A stretch of 64,000 nt of DNA from positions 19,206 through 83,205 of the forward strand of contig JBKBQT010000004.1 in assembly GCA_046292445.1 (NCBI GenBank), written 5' to 3'. The translations under genes were made by a program, and so were the position numbers. The number at the start of each line of letters is the position of its first letter. Within the stretch, counting starts at the first letter, position 1. The notes beneath the pieces are model-generated. The model saw only the letters and a program-made list of their open reading frames with translations. It made no database searches and had not been told where the DNA came from. The stretch is from Gemmobacter sp. (lineage in GTDB: Bacteria > Pseudomonadota > Alphaproteobacteria > Rhodobacterales > Rhodobacteraceae). This document shows positions 53,278 to 62,186 of this stretch, piece after piece.

Positions 53278-53993
53278 TCGGGGCGCGCCGTCCCGCCGGG
53301 TGCTGCGCCCGACGCTGCGAAGGCGCCGAGGTTGCCCGGCAGGTCGTCGAGGCGCGGCGGCCGACGCACCTGCCGGAACAGCCAGTCCTGCATCTGCATC
53401 GCCGGCCGGGTCAGCGGGTTGTCGCGCAGTCTGGCCTTGGTCGCCTCGATCTGCATCACGCCGGCGATGCGGCGATCGAGGAATTCCCAGGTCGCCTGGG
53501 CTTCGGGGCTCTCGTCGCCCAGCCAGTAAAGCACTGTCGCCGCGTAGACCCCCGCGAGGGTCGCCCGTTTGGTATACCAGTTGAGATCGTCGGCGGTATC
53601 GCCGAGCTCGGTCCAGATGCGGTCCGCGGTGCCCCAGAGCAGGCGCGCGCCGTCGCCGGCGTGCATCGGCAGCGCAAACAGAGTGGTGCCGCGGCGCACG
53701 GCCTCCTTCTCGGCGGCTTCGAGGCGGAAGCGCACGGCGGCCGCGATCCGGTCGCGAAAGCGCATAGCACCCGTCTCGGTGGCCCGCAGGCGCGCGACCA
53801 TCGCATCATCGCCCGCGCGGTGATAGGCGATGGCGAGGTCCACCGCGCCCTTCGGGCAATGCGCCCGCGCCAGGGCCGGGTCGATGCCGGCATCGCGCGC
53901 GGCGGCGCGGAAGGTGGCGTCGGACCAGCCGTCGAAAGGCACATGCGGCAGGGCGGCCTGCATCAGGCGGGTCTTGATGTCGGTGTCGTCCAT
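53274..53993 (-). CDS. COQ9 family protein (rpsU-divergently transcribed protein)
   Basis: 239 aa. Its position divergent from rpsU and its N-terminus RLMQAALPHVPFDGWSDATFRAAARDAGIDP match the alphaproteobacterial COQ9-like family as I remember it. Confidence 0.75.
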   Translation of the reverse strand: MDDTDIKTRLMQAALPHVPFDGWSDATFRAAARDAGIDPALARAHCPKGAVDLAIAYHRAGDDAMVARLRATETGAMRFRDRIAAAVRFRLEAAEKEAVRRGTTLFALPMHAGDGARLLWGTADRIWTELGDTADDLNWYTKRATLAGVYAATVLYWLGDESPEAQATWEFLDRRIAGVMQIEATKARLRDNPLTRPAMQMQDWLFRQVRRPPRLDDLPGNLGAFAASGAAPGGTARPE

Positions 53994-54105
53994 GGCGTTC
54001 TCCTCGGCGTGCCGTGATCCTAGACAATAGGGCGGGGCTTTGCTATGTCCCGCGCGCCTGCACGGTTCCCGTGCAACTCTAGCTTAGGAAGGTGGTGAAA
54101 ACCGT

Positions 54106-54312
54106 ATGCAGGTCAGCGTTCGCGACAACAACGTCGATCAGGCGCTCCGCGCCCTGAAGAAGAAGCTCCAGCGCGAGGGCGTGTTTCGGGAAATGAAGCT
54201 CAAGCAGCATTTCGAGAAACCGTCTGTCAAGAAGGCGCGCGAGCGGGCAGAGGCGATCCGCCGTGCCCGGAAACTCGCCCGCAAGAAGGCCCAGCGCGAA
54301 GGCGCGCTCTAG
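54106..54312 (+). CDS. rpsU: 30S ribosomal protein S21
   Basis: 68 aa. [31 protein letters not shown]. Confidence 0.97.
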   Translation: MQVSVRDNNVDQALRALKKKLQREGVFREMKLKQHFEKPSVKKARERAEAIRRARKLARKKAQREGAL

Positions 54313-54402
54313 GGTTTTTCGCGTCGGCGCTAACGCGGGTCAGTGCAAGCGGCCCGTTCGGCGTTCATGGCGACACTGGGCGGAGAGATCCGCCATCCGA
54401 TG

Positions 54403-54432
54403 AACCCCCGCGGCGGTTGCCCGGGGGTTTTT
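54403..54432 (+). terminator. Probable intrinsic terminator downstream of rpsU
   Basis: AACCCCCG (54403-54410), 11-nt loop, CGGGGGTT (54422-54429), followed by TTT. Confidence 0.5.
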
Positions 54433-54467
54433 CACTTGAGCGGCGGCCGGGCCGCAAAGGGGGCTGT

Positions 54468-55277
54468 ATGCTGATCCGTTTCGGATACGACATCGCGATC
54501 GAGGTGGCGCAGGTCACGCCGGTGGTCTGCCTGCTGTCGATCCGGCCCGAGCGGCTGGACGACATCGAACGGCAGACCGCGGTGACGACGAACCCGGTCG
54601 TGCCGACGCATCTTTATCGCGACATGTTCGGCAACGCCTGCCGCCGGTTCATGGCGCCGCCGGGGCTCTTCTCGATCCGGTCGGACAGCACGATCCGCGA
54701 TGACGGGCGCCCGGACCCGGTGGTGCGCGAGGCGCGCGAGGTGCCGGTGGGCGATCTGCCGGACGACTGCCTCGCCTACCTGCTCGGCAGCCGCTACTGC
54801 GAGACCGACCGGCTGAGCCAGACGGCCTGGGACATGTTCGGCGGCATCCAGCCCGGCTGGACGCGCGTCCAGGCGATCTGCGACACCGTGAACCGGCATA
54901 TCCGGTTCGACTACCAGCAGGCCCGCGCCACCCGCACGGCGCACGAGGCCTGGCAGGAACGGGTCGGCGTGTGCCGGGATTTCGCGCATCTGGCCATCGC
55001 CTTTTGCCGCTGCATGAACATCCCGGCGCGCTATGTGAACGGCTATCTGGGCGACATCGGTGTGCCGATCGCCGGGCCGATGGATTTCGCGGCCTGGATG
55101 GAGGTTTTCCTCGACGGGCGCTGGTATACGTTCGACCCGCGCAACAACGCCGCCCGGATCGGGCGGATCGTGGTGGCCTACGGGCGCGATGCGGCCGACG
55201 TGCCCTTGTTGCACACGTTCGGGCCGCATGTGCTGCGCAGGTTCGAGGTCTGGACCGACGCGGTCGCGGCCGACTGA
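54468..55277 (+). CDS. Transglutaminase-like family protein
   Basis: 269 aa from the ATG at 54468 (MLIRFGYDIAIEV). Catalytic Cys context GVCRDFAHL, then YVNGYLGD and the F/D region downstream. The upstream 17 codons of the track ORF overlap the rpsU terminator hairpin. Confidence 0.85.
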   Translation: MLIRFGYDIAIEVAQVTPVVCLLSIRPERLDDIERQTAVTTNPVVPTHLYRDMFGNACRRFMAPPGLFSIRSDSTIRDDGRPDPVVREAREVPVGDLPDDCLAYLLGSRYCETDRLSQTAWDMFGGIQPGWTRVQAICDTVNRHIRFDYQQARATRTAHEAWQERVGVCRDFAHLAIAFCRCMNIPARYVNGYLGDIGVPIAGPMDFAAWMEVFLDGRWYTFDPRNNAARIGRIVVAYGRDAADVPLLHTFGPHVLRRFEVWTDAVAAD

Positions 55278-55284
55278 CGCGCGG

Positions 55285-56409
55285 TCAGAGAAACGCGATC
55301 TGGTCGGCAAGCTGGTCGAGGTCGGTCATGCCGGCAAACGTGAGCCTTTCGCCGCCGTCGAACTCGAGGACGACGGCCCGGCGCTCGACCGTGCCGAAGG
55401 TCGCCACCACCTCCGCCGCCGTCAGCCCGCCGTCCCACAGCGCCTCGTCCAGCAGCACGGTATCGCGGTCGTCGAAACCCTCGACCCGGTCGCGCCCGCC
55501 GCCCTCGCGGAAGATGATCGTGTCGGCGCCGGGACCGGGGCGCAAAGTGTCGTTGCCCGGCCCGCCGTCGAGCGTGTCGTCGCCCGCGCCGCCGATCAGC
55601 AGATCGCGCCCCCGGCCGCCGAACAACCGGTCGTTCCCGCCGCCGCCCTCGAGCGTGTCGTCGCCGCCGCCGCCGAACAGACGGTCGCGCCCGCCCTCGC
55701 CCAGCAGGTGATCGGCGCCGGTTCCGCCAAACAGACGGTCATTCCCGTCGCCGCCGCGCAGGGTGTCGTTCCCGGCCGCGCCCTCGATCGTGTCGTTCCC
55801 GCCGAGGCCGTGGATCTCATCGGCGAACCGCGTGCCGGCGATCGCCTCGCCGGTATCGGTGCCACGGATCTCGGGCGGGCCGGACGGGTCGGCGGCGGCC
55901 CCGAACCAGACGTGGTAGATCCGCCCGCCGAACGGCCCGACGCCCGGCGTCCCGATCTCGACCCCGATCCCGATCGACGACCAGGCGAGCGATGCCCAGG
56001 GGCCCTGGTTCAGGATGACGCTGTTGTGCCCGGGCGAGGCTTTCCACCCCTCGAGCGCGGCCGCGACATTCGTCTGGCCGGCGGCCGAGATCTCGAACCC
56101 GTTCGCGGTATAGCCGGTGCCAAGCCGGTCGGGCGCCTTCCACATCACGGACGGGGCGCGGTGGTCGCTGTAGTAGAACGCATCCGACCAGCTGTGCAGG
56201 TTCGCGCCGGCGGGCAGCGTGAGGCCCGCCGCCCAGATGTTCTCATAGGTGTCGATCGCGTGCCGCCCGGCAGTCGTCGTCAGCGCGCGCGACAGCGGGA
56301 TCGCGGCAAGGCCGCTCGCCGCCCGGTAGTCCATGATGAGATTGTAGAGTTTGAGCTCGTTCAGCGACAGCGAATCCGCCGCCGTCGGCGTGTAGATGTC
56401 GATGGCCAT
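55285..56409 (-). CDS. CAP/SCP (PR-1-like) domain protein fused to RTX calcium-binding repeats
   Basis: 374 aa with no signal peptide. The N-terminal half is CAP-like (HRAPSVMW..., GWKASPGHNSVIL). The C-terminal half carries about 9 GGxGxD nonapeptide repeats (GGNDTIEGAAGNDTLRGGDGNDRLFGG...), then a non-repeat tail. Confidence 0.8.
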   Translation of the reverse strand: MAIDIYTPTAADSLSLNELKLYNLIMDYRAASGLAAIPLSRALTTTAGRHAIDTYENIWAAGLTLPAGANLHSWSDAFYYSDHRAPSVMWKAPDRLGTGYTANGFEISAAGQTNVAAALEGWKASPGHNSVILNQGPWASLAWSSIGIGVEIGTPGVGPFGGRIYHVWFGAAADPSGPPEIRGTDTGEAIAGTRFADEIHGLGGNDTIEGAAGNDTLRGGDGNDRLFGGTGADHLLGEGGRDRLFGGGGDDTLEGGGGNDRLFGGRGRDLLIGGAGDDTLDGGPGNDTLRPGPGADTIIFREGGGRDRVEGFDDRDTVLLDEALWDGGLTAAEVVATFGTVERRAVVLEFDGGERLTFAGMTDLDQLADQIAFL

Positions 56410-56542
56410 GCGCGCCCCTCCTGATAAGTTGGCTCTGGTTCACCCGGCTCTGTGGCAATTTGGCGGCGCGCATCGGCCGGTCCGATGAAACCGGCGCCGC
56501 GCCCCAGCGTCACGGGGGCGGCGTGGCAGAGGGGGGACAGGC

Positions 56543-58141
56543 GTGGAATACGACTATGTCATTTGCGGCGGCGGGTCCGCGGGCGCGACACTCGCCGCAC
56601 GGCTCAGCGAGGACGGGCGGCACCGGGTCTGCCTGATCGAGGCCGGGGGGCGCGGCGACAGCCTCATGATCCGGGCGCCCGCGCTGGTCGCCGGGATGGT
56701 CTCGGGCCGCCCGCCGATCCACAACTGGGCCTTTCGAACATTGCCACAGGCGGGGCTGAACGGGCGGCGGGGGTTCCAGCCGCGGGGCAAGGCGCTCGGC
56801 GGATCGTCGGCGATCAATGCGATGCTCTATGTGCGCGGGCACGCCTCCGACTATGACGGCTGGGCGGCGGCCGGGGCGACCGGCTGGGGCTGGGACGATG
56901 TGCTGCCCTACTTCCGGCGGGCCGAGCACAACGCCCGCGGCGCAGATGCGCTGCACGGCGATGCCGGCCCGCTCCAGGTCGGGGACCAGAGCGCACCGGC
57001 GCCGATCACCCATGCCTTTCTCGACGCCTGCGCGGCGCTTCAGATCCCGCGCAACGACGATTTCAACGGGCCGCAGCAGGACGGCGCCGGTCTATACCAG
57101 GTGACGCAGTTCCACGACGGTGCGCGCAAGGGCGAGCGGTGCTCGGCCGCCGCCGGGTATCTCTTTCCGGCGATGGGGCGGGCGAACCTTCGTGTGATCA
57201 CGCACGCGCATGCGACGCGCGTGATTCTCGACGGCGCGCGGGCGGTCGGGGTGGAATATCGCGGGCGCGGGGGCGTGCAGGTCGCGCGGGCGCGGGGCGA
57301 GGTGATCCTCGCCGCCGGCGCCTTCGGCTCGCCCCAGCTTCTGATGCTGTCGGGGATCGGGCCGGGCGCGCATCTTCAGGCGATGGGCATCGCGGTGCGG
57401 GCCGACCGCGCCGGGGTGGGCGCGAACCTGCAGGATCACCTCGACTACATCATCGGCTATACCTCGCCGCGGCCCGATGTGGTCGGTCTGAACCCGGCGG
57501 GGCTGGTGCGGCTGATCCGGGCGGGGCTGGCCTGGCGGCGGACGGGGACGGGCCTCTTCGCCTCGCCGATGGCCGAGGGGGGCGCGTTCCTGACCGTGGG
57601 TGCAGGCGATCGGCCGGATGTGCAGCTGCATTTCGTGATCGGCATCGTGGACGAGCACATGCGGAAAATCCACCTTGCCGACGGCTGGTCCTGCCATGTC
57701 TGCCTCTTGCGCCCCGCCTCGCGCGGGACGGTGCGCCTTGCCGCGCCCGATCCGCGCCGGGCCCCGGCCATCGACCCCGCCTACCTGTCCGATCCCGCCG
57801 ATCTGCCCGCGCTGATGGCCGGCGCGCGCATGATGGAGCGCATCCTTGCCGCCCCGCCGCTCGCACCGTGGCGGGGCCGCAGGCTCTACCCGCATGACGG
57901 GTCGGACGCGGCGCTGGAAGCCGACATCCGGGCGCGGGCCGACACGATCTATCACCCCGTGGGCACCTGCCGGATGGGGTCGGACCCGGATGCCGTCGTG
58001 GACCCCGCGCTGCGGGTGCGCGGGGTCGAGGGGCTGCGCGTCGTGGACGCAAGCGTGATGCCGACGCTGGTCGGCGGCAACACGAATGCGCCGACGATCA
58101 TGATCGCGGAACGGGCGGCCGACCTGATCGGCGCGGGCTAG
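56543..58141 (+). CDS. GMC family oxidoreductase (choline dehydrogenase-like)
   Basis: 532 aa with a GTG start. YDYVICGGGSAGATLAARLSED FAD fold, GKALGGSSAINAM, and a C-terminal HPVGTCRMG. Confidence 0.9.
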   Translation: MEYDYVICGGGSAGATLAARLSEDGRHRVCLIEAGGRGDSLMIRAPALVAGMVSGRPPIHNWAFRTLPQAGLNGRRGFQPRGKALGGSSAINAMLYVRGHASDYDGWAAAGATGWGWDDVLPYFRRAEHNARGADALHGDAGPLQVGDQSAPAPITHAFLDACAALQIPRNDDFNGPQQDGAGLYQVTQFHDGARKGERCSAAAGYLFPAMGRANLRVITHAHATRVILDGARAVGVEYRGRGGVQVARARGEVILAAGAFGSPQLLMLSGIGPGAHLQAMGIAVRADRAGVGANLQDHLDYIIGYTSPRPDVVGLNPAGLVRLIRAGLAWRRTGTGLFASPMAEGGAFLTVGAGDRPDVQLHFVIGIVDEHMRKIHLADGWSCHVCLLRPASRGTVRLAAPDPRRAPAIDPAYLSDPADLPALMAGARMMERILAAPPLAPWRGRRLYPHDGSDAALEADIRARADTIYHPVGTCRMGSDPDAVVDPALRVRGVEGLRVVDASVMPTLVGGNTNAPTIMIAERAADLIGAG

Positions 58142-58181
58142 CGGCGGACAGTAGCCGCCCTGCCCCCCGGGCGGCTCGACC

Positions 58182-58876
58182 CTAGCACAGTCGAGTGCAA
58201 CGGTAACCGCCGCTGTCGTTCGGGCTGCAGCGCTCATAGACGTTCAGGCGCGTCCAGCCTTCGCCGTCGCGCGCGACATGTCCCCAGACCGGGGAGACAA
58301 GCGCGTCCACGTCGAGCTGAAGTGCGATGATCGGGTTCGACCGGTCGCCAGCGGGCAGCGTGCCCTTGTAACGGGCCAAGAAGCGCGGATCGTCAAACCG
58401 GGTGACCACGTCGCCGGCACGCGCCGGGGCTGGGTCGCATGCGCATGCACAAGCTGGATCGACAGGTCCGGGGCCTCTCCCGCTTCCGCGCGCAGCCGAT
58501 CCCACGTATGGCCGCCGTCGAACAGCACGGCCGTGACCTCGATCATCCCGTCGCCGGCGCAGCGCGCGGTGAAGGCCTGTTGCCATCCATGGTTCCCGAG
58601 GTTGCGCCGGTCGTGCGCGAATGCCGGCAGGCCCTCGACCGAAACGAGGGTCAGTGCATTCGCGTAGAAGTCGCGGCTGCCGTCGCCGGGGACGGCGGGT
58701 CTCGATGCGGCATGGGCCGCGATGCGCGGAACGTTACCGACCTGCGCGAGATCGGCGAGACGCTCCGGTTCGGCAAAATCTTTCAGCGCCGCGCCGGGCT
58801 ACGGCAGGTCGGCCGCGACGGGGACGGCGAACTGCAGCCCGCAAGCGACCACAATGGGTGCCAGCAGTCGTTTCAT
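58182..58876 (-). pseudogene. Disrupted lipoprotein/secreted protein gene (in-frame TAG plus a 1-nt frameshift)
   Basis: The ATG at 58876 gives MKRLLAPIVVACGLQFAVPVAADLP (a lipobox-like VVAC), then a TAG at 58799-58801. The same frame continues with high GC3 to about 58430. Coding signal then moves to the adjacent frame (...GDVVTRFDDPRFLARYKG...RLC, stop at 58182). I verified this by hand translation. Confidence 0.65.
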
Positions 58877-58984
58877 GACAAATGCCTCAAAACATCAACT
58901 ATCCGCCCCAGAGTTTCGCGCGCTTACGCAGAGCAATCAACTTTTCAGGAGACATCTCGCAAATTCGCACACAAGCAAACGGGA

Positions 58985-59443
58985 TCACACCGGCAGGGCC
59001 GTCGTCTTGAACACGGTCCGCAGCGCGAAGGACGAATGCATCTGCGCCACCCCCGGCAGACGCGCGAGATGCTGGCGGTGGATGCGGGCGAAATCCTCGG
59101 TGTCCTGCGCGACGACCTTGAGCAGATAGTCGGCCGTTCCCGCCATCAGGTGGCATTCGAGAATGTCCGGCACCCGCTGAACCGCCCGCTCGAAGGCCTC
59201 GAGCACCTCGTCGGCCTGCCCCTGCAGCGTGATCTCGACGAAGACCGTCGTCGGCCGTCCCAGCTTTCGCGCATCGACCAGGGCGACATAGCCCGCGATC
59301 CAGCCCTCGGCCTCGAGCCGCTGCACCCGCCGGTGGCAGGCGGAAGCGGACAGGTTCACCCGATCCGACAGATCGGCATTGGTGATGCGGCCTTCCTTCT
59401 GCAACACGGTCAGTATGCGGCGGTCAGTCGCGTCGAGGTCCAT
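58985..59443 (-). CDS. Lrp/AsnC family transcriptional regulator (AldR-like by position)
   Basis: 152 aa. [47 protein letters not shown]. Divergent from ald. Confidence 0.88.
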   Translation of the reverse strand: MDLDATDRRILTVLQKEGRITNADLSDRVNLSASACHRRVQRLEAEGWIAGYVALVDARKLGRPTTVFVEITLQGQADEVLEAFERAVQRVPDILECHLMAGTADYLLKVVAQDTEDFARIHRQHLARLPGVAQMHSSFALRTVFKTTALPV

Positions 59444-59576
59444 GGATGCACAATCTCCTGCGGTATTTCGGCCTGATCGTCGAAGAACCTACGGCGCAGG
59501 CCTGTCCTTGTCCTGCCCGAATTCAAAGCATTGCCAGCCGATATGCCGCAAGATGCGGCAACAAGGGGAGGATGCC

Positions 59577-60695
59577 ATGCAGATCGGATGCCCGAAGGAA
59601 ATCAAGCCGCAGGAGTTTCGTGTCGGCATGACGCCCGGCGCGGTGCGCGAGGCGGTGGCCCATGGCCACAGCGTGATCGTCGAGGCCGGGGCCGGGGCCG
59701 GCGCGGGCTTTCCCGACGCCGACTATGTCGCGGCCGGGGCACGGATGGCGGACACGGCCGAAGAGGTCTTCGCGGCGGCCGAGCTGATCGTCAAGGTCAA
59801 GGAGCCCCAGCCGACCGAGCGCGCCCGCCTGCGCGCGGGCCAGGTGCTGTTCACCTACCTGCACCTTGCGCCCGACCCGGACCAGACGCGCGACCTGCTC
59901 GCATCGGGCGTCACCGCAATCGCCTACGAAACCGTCACCGACGACCGCGGCGGGCTGCCCCTGCTTGCGCCGATGTCCGAGGTGGCCGGCAAACTCGCAC
60001 CCCAGGTCGGCGCCTGGACCTTGCAGAAGGCGAACGGCGGGCGCGGCGTCCTGATGGGCGGGGTGCCGGGCGTGCTGCCGGCAAGGGTCGCGGTGATCGG
60101 CGGCGGCGTCGTGGGCACGCATGCCGCGCGGGTCGCGGCCGGGATGGGGGCCGAGGTCGTGGTGCTCGACCGGTCGCTGCCACGCCTGCGCCAGCTCGAC
60201 GAGGCATTCGGCGCCACATTCCGCACGGCCTTTGCCAGCCGCGAGGCGACGGCGGCGGCGGTGGCCGAGGCCGACATGGTCATCGGCGCCGTCCTGATCC
60301 CCGGCGCGGCGGCGCCCAAGCTGGTCAGCCGCGCACAGCTTGCGACGATGAAGCCGGGTGCGGCCATCGTCGATGTCGCCATCGACCAGGGCGGCTGTTT
60401 CGAGACATCGCGCGCCACGACCCACCAGGACCCGATCTATGCCGTGGACGGGATCATGCACTACTGCGTCGCCAACATGCCAGGGGCGGTCGCGCGCACG
60501 GCGACCCAGGCGCTCGGCAATGCGACGCTGCCGTTCCTGCTCGCACTCGCCGACAAGGGCTGGCGGCACGCCTGCGAGGAGGATCCGCATCTTCTCGCGG
60601 GGCTGAACACCCACGCCGGGCACCTGACCTATTTCGCGGTCGGCAAGGCGCTGGGGATCGACGTGCTCTCGCCCGCGCTCGCGCTCAAGCGCTAG
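59577..60695 (+). CDS. ald: Alanine dehydrogenase
   Basis: 372 aa from the ATG at 59577 (GGGGAGG RBS). [27 protein letters not shown] and [12 protein letters not shown]. Confidence 0.95.
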   Translation: MQIGCPKEIKPQEFRVGMTPGAVREAVAHGHSVIVEAGAGAGAGFPDADYVAAGARMADTAEEVFAAAELIVKVKEPQPTERARLRAGQVLFTYLHLAPDPDQTRDLLASGVTAIAYETVTDDRGGLPLLAPMSEVAGKLAPQVGAWTLQKANGGRGVLMGGVPGVLPARVAVIGGGVVGTHAARVAAGMGAEVVVLDRSLPRLRQLDEAFGATFRTAFASREATAAAVAEADMVIGAVLIPGAAAPKLVSRAQLATMKPGAAIVDVAIDQGGCFETSRATTHQDPIYAVDGIMHYCVANMPGAVARTATQALGNATLPFLLALADKGWRHACEEDPHLLAGLNTHAGHLTYFAVGKALGIDVLSPALALKR

Positions 60696-60765
60696 ACGAT
60701 CTTTCGGCGAAAGATCGTCGTCGCCGGGACCGTATCCGAAAATCCTTCGTACGAAGGATTTTCGG
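60695..60765. repeat. Bipartite palindromic hairpin element, copy 3 (a-hairpin 60695-60719, b-hairpin 60736-60765)
   Basis: GACGATCTTTCG-g-CGAAAGATCGTC has 12-bp arms, and its first base is the G of the ald TAG. CCGAAAATCCTTCGTACGAAGGATTTTCGG is a perfect 30-nt palindrome. The element lies between the convergent ald and mscL stops. Confidence 0.85.
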
Positions 60766-60773
60766 GCGCGCGT

Positions 60774-61208
60774 TCAGGTCTGGCGCGTCTTGAGCAGATC
60801 GCGGATCTCGGCGAGCAGATCCGCCTCGCTCGGCCCGGCCGGCGGGGCCTCGGCCGCTTCCTTCCGGACGACGGCGTCCCGCGCCCGGTTCACCGCCTTG
60901 ACCAGCAGGAACACCACCCAGGCGACAATGAGAAAATTGATCACCGCCATCAGGAACGCCCCGATCGCAAAGACCGCCGCGCCGGAATCGCGCGCCGCCT
61001 GCAGGCTCGCCCCGTCCGGGACATTGCCCGACAGAACGATGTAGATGTTGGAAAAATCGATCCCGCCGATGATCAGACCGATGATCGGGTTGATCAGGTC
61101 GGTGACGATCGAATTGACGATGGCCGTGAAAGCGGCCCCGATGATGATCCCGACCGCCAGGTCGAGCACATTGCCGCGCGCGATGAATGTCCGAAATTCC
61201 TGCAACAT
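60774..61208 (-). CDS. mscL: Large-conductance mechanosensitive channel
   Basis: 144 aa from the ATG at 61208. [41 protein letters not shown]. Confidence 0.95.
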   Translation of the reverse strand: MLQEFRTFIARGNVLDLAVGIIIGAAFTAIVNSIVTDLINPIIGLIIGGIDFSNIYIVLSGNVPDGASLQAARDSGAAVFAIGAFLMAVINFLIVAWVVFLLVKAVNRARDAVVRKEAAEAPPAGPSEADLLAEIRDLLKTRQT

Positions 61209-61332
61209 GACCGTTTCCCTCGTTGTCCCAGCAAACGCGCACGACAAACGCGGCGAGGCCGCGCAGGACGGCGCGTTGTGGCCGCAGCGGATTTGTGCCC
61301 TTCTTGATGCCTGACCGCAACAGGAGGCTTGC

Positions 61333-62031
61333 ATGACGACCCTCGCCGATTTCGCGATCACCGGCCGTTGGCCTGCCCGCAACCCGAATGCGATCCAGCT
61401 CTATTCCCTCGCGACGCCGAACGGGCAGAAGGTGGCCATCGCGCTCGAGGAACTCGGGCTCGCCTATGATGCGCATCGCGTGAACATCCTCGAAGGCGAC
61501 CAGTTCGACCCCGGGTTCCTCGCCATCAGCCCGAACAACAAGATCCCCGCCATCATCGACCCGGACGGGCCGGGCGGCGCGCCGCTGGCGTTGTTCGAAT
61601 CCGGCGCGATCTTGATCTATCTTGCGGACAAGTCCGGGCGGCTGCTGCCGCAGGGCGCGGGCCGCTACCGGGTGCTGCAATGGCTGATGTTCCAGATGGG
61701 CGGCATCGGCCCGATGTTCGGGCAGCTGGGGTATTTCAACAATTTCGCGGGCCGGGAGATCGAGGATCCCCGCCCGAGGGAGCGGTATCGCGCCGAGGCG
61801 GCGCGTCTGCTCAAGGTGCTCGACACCGCGCTGGCCGGGCAGGACTGGATCGCCGGCGACTATTCCATCGCCGATATCGCCATCGCGCCATGGCTCTATT
61901 GCCTGCGGGATTTCTACCAGGCGGGGGAGATCACGGGATGGAATGATCTTGCGAACGTCCCGGCCTATCTTAATCGCTTCCTTGCCCGCCCTGCGGTGCA
62001 GCGGGGGCTCGACGTGCCGCCGCGGGGGTGA
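61333..62031 (+). CDS. Glutathione S-transferase family protein (Nu-class, YfcG/YghU-like)
   Basis: 232 aa. [33 protein letters not shown] and [11 protein letters not shown]. Confidence 0.85.
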   Translation: MTTLADFAITGRWPARNPNAIQLYSLATPNGQKVAIALEELGLAYDAHRVNILEGDQFDPGFLAISPNNKIPAIIDPDGPGGAPLALFESGAILIYLADKSGRLLPQGAGRYRVLQWLMFQMGGIGPMFGQLGYFNNFAGREIEDPRPRERYRAEAARLLKVLDTALAGQDWIAGDYSIADIAIAPWLYCLRDFYQAGEITGWNDLANVPAYLNRFLARPAVQRGLDVPPRG

Positions 62032-62186
62032 AGGGTCACGCGCTAGCCTGACGGGCGCGCACTGATCGGCGCGTTCCGGCAGGCCCATGGCGCGCGCAGG
62101 CTATCGGCCGACCGTCGCCCGGCGCCTGCCGCCTCGCGGCACGGCGGAAGGGCTTTGCCGTATCGTCGCCGGGGTTGCGGCGCAGC

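Noticed and set aside
54417-54467. The N-terminal extension of the transglutaminase ORF (MPGGFSLERRPGRKGGC).
   Set aside because: It overlaps the rpsU terminator hairpin and is Arg/Gly-rich. The family-typical N-terminus MLIRFGYD begins at 54468.
55560-55830. Periodic GC-rich DNA repeats that might be mistaken for a tandem repeat or CRISPR-like array.
   Set aside because: The 27-nt periodicity is the DNA image of the RTX GGxGxDxLx nonapeptides inside an open reading frame. There are no spacers, no leader and no cas genes.
58799-58801. The in-frame TAG as possible pyrrolysine or programmed read-through.
   Set aside because: There are no pyl genes or PYLIS-like context. The organism is an alphaproteobacterium, and the same gene also carries a frameshift. 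Simple inactivation or a sequencing error is far more likely.
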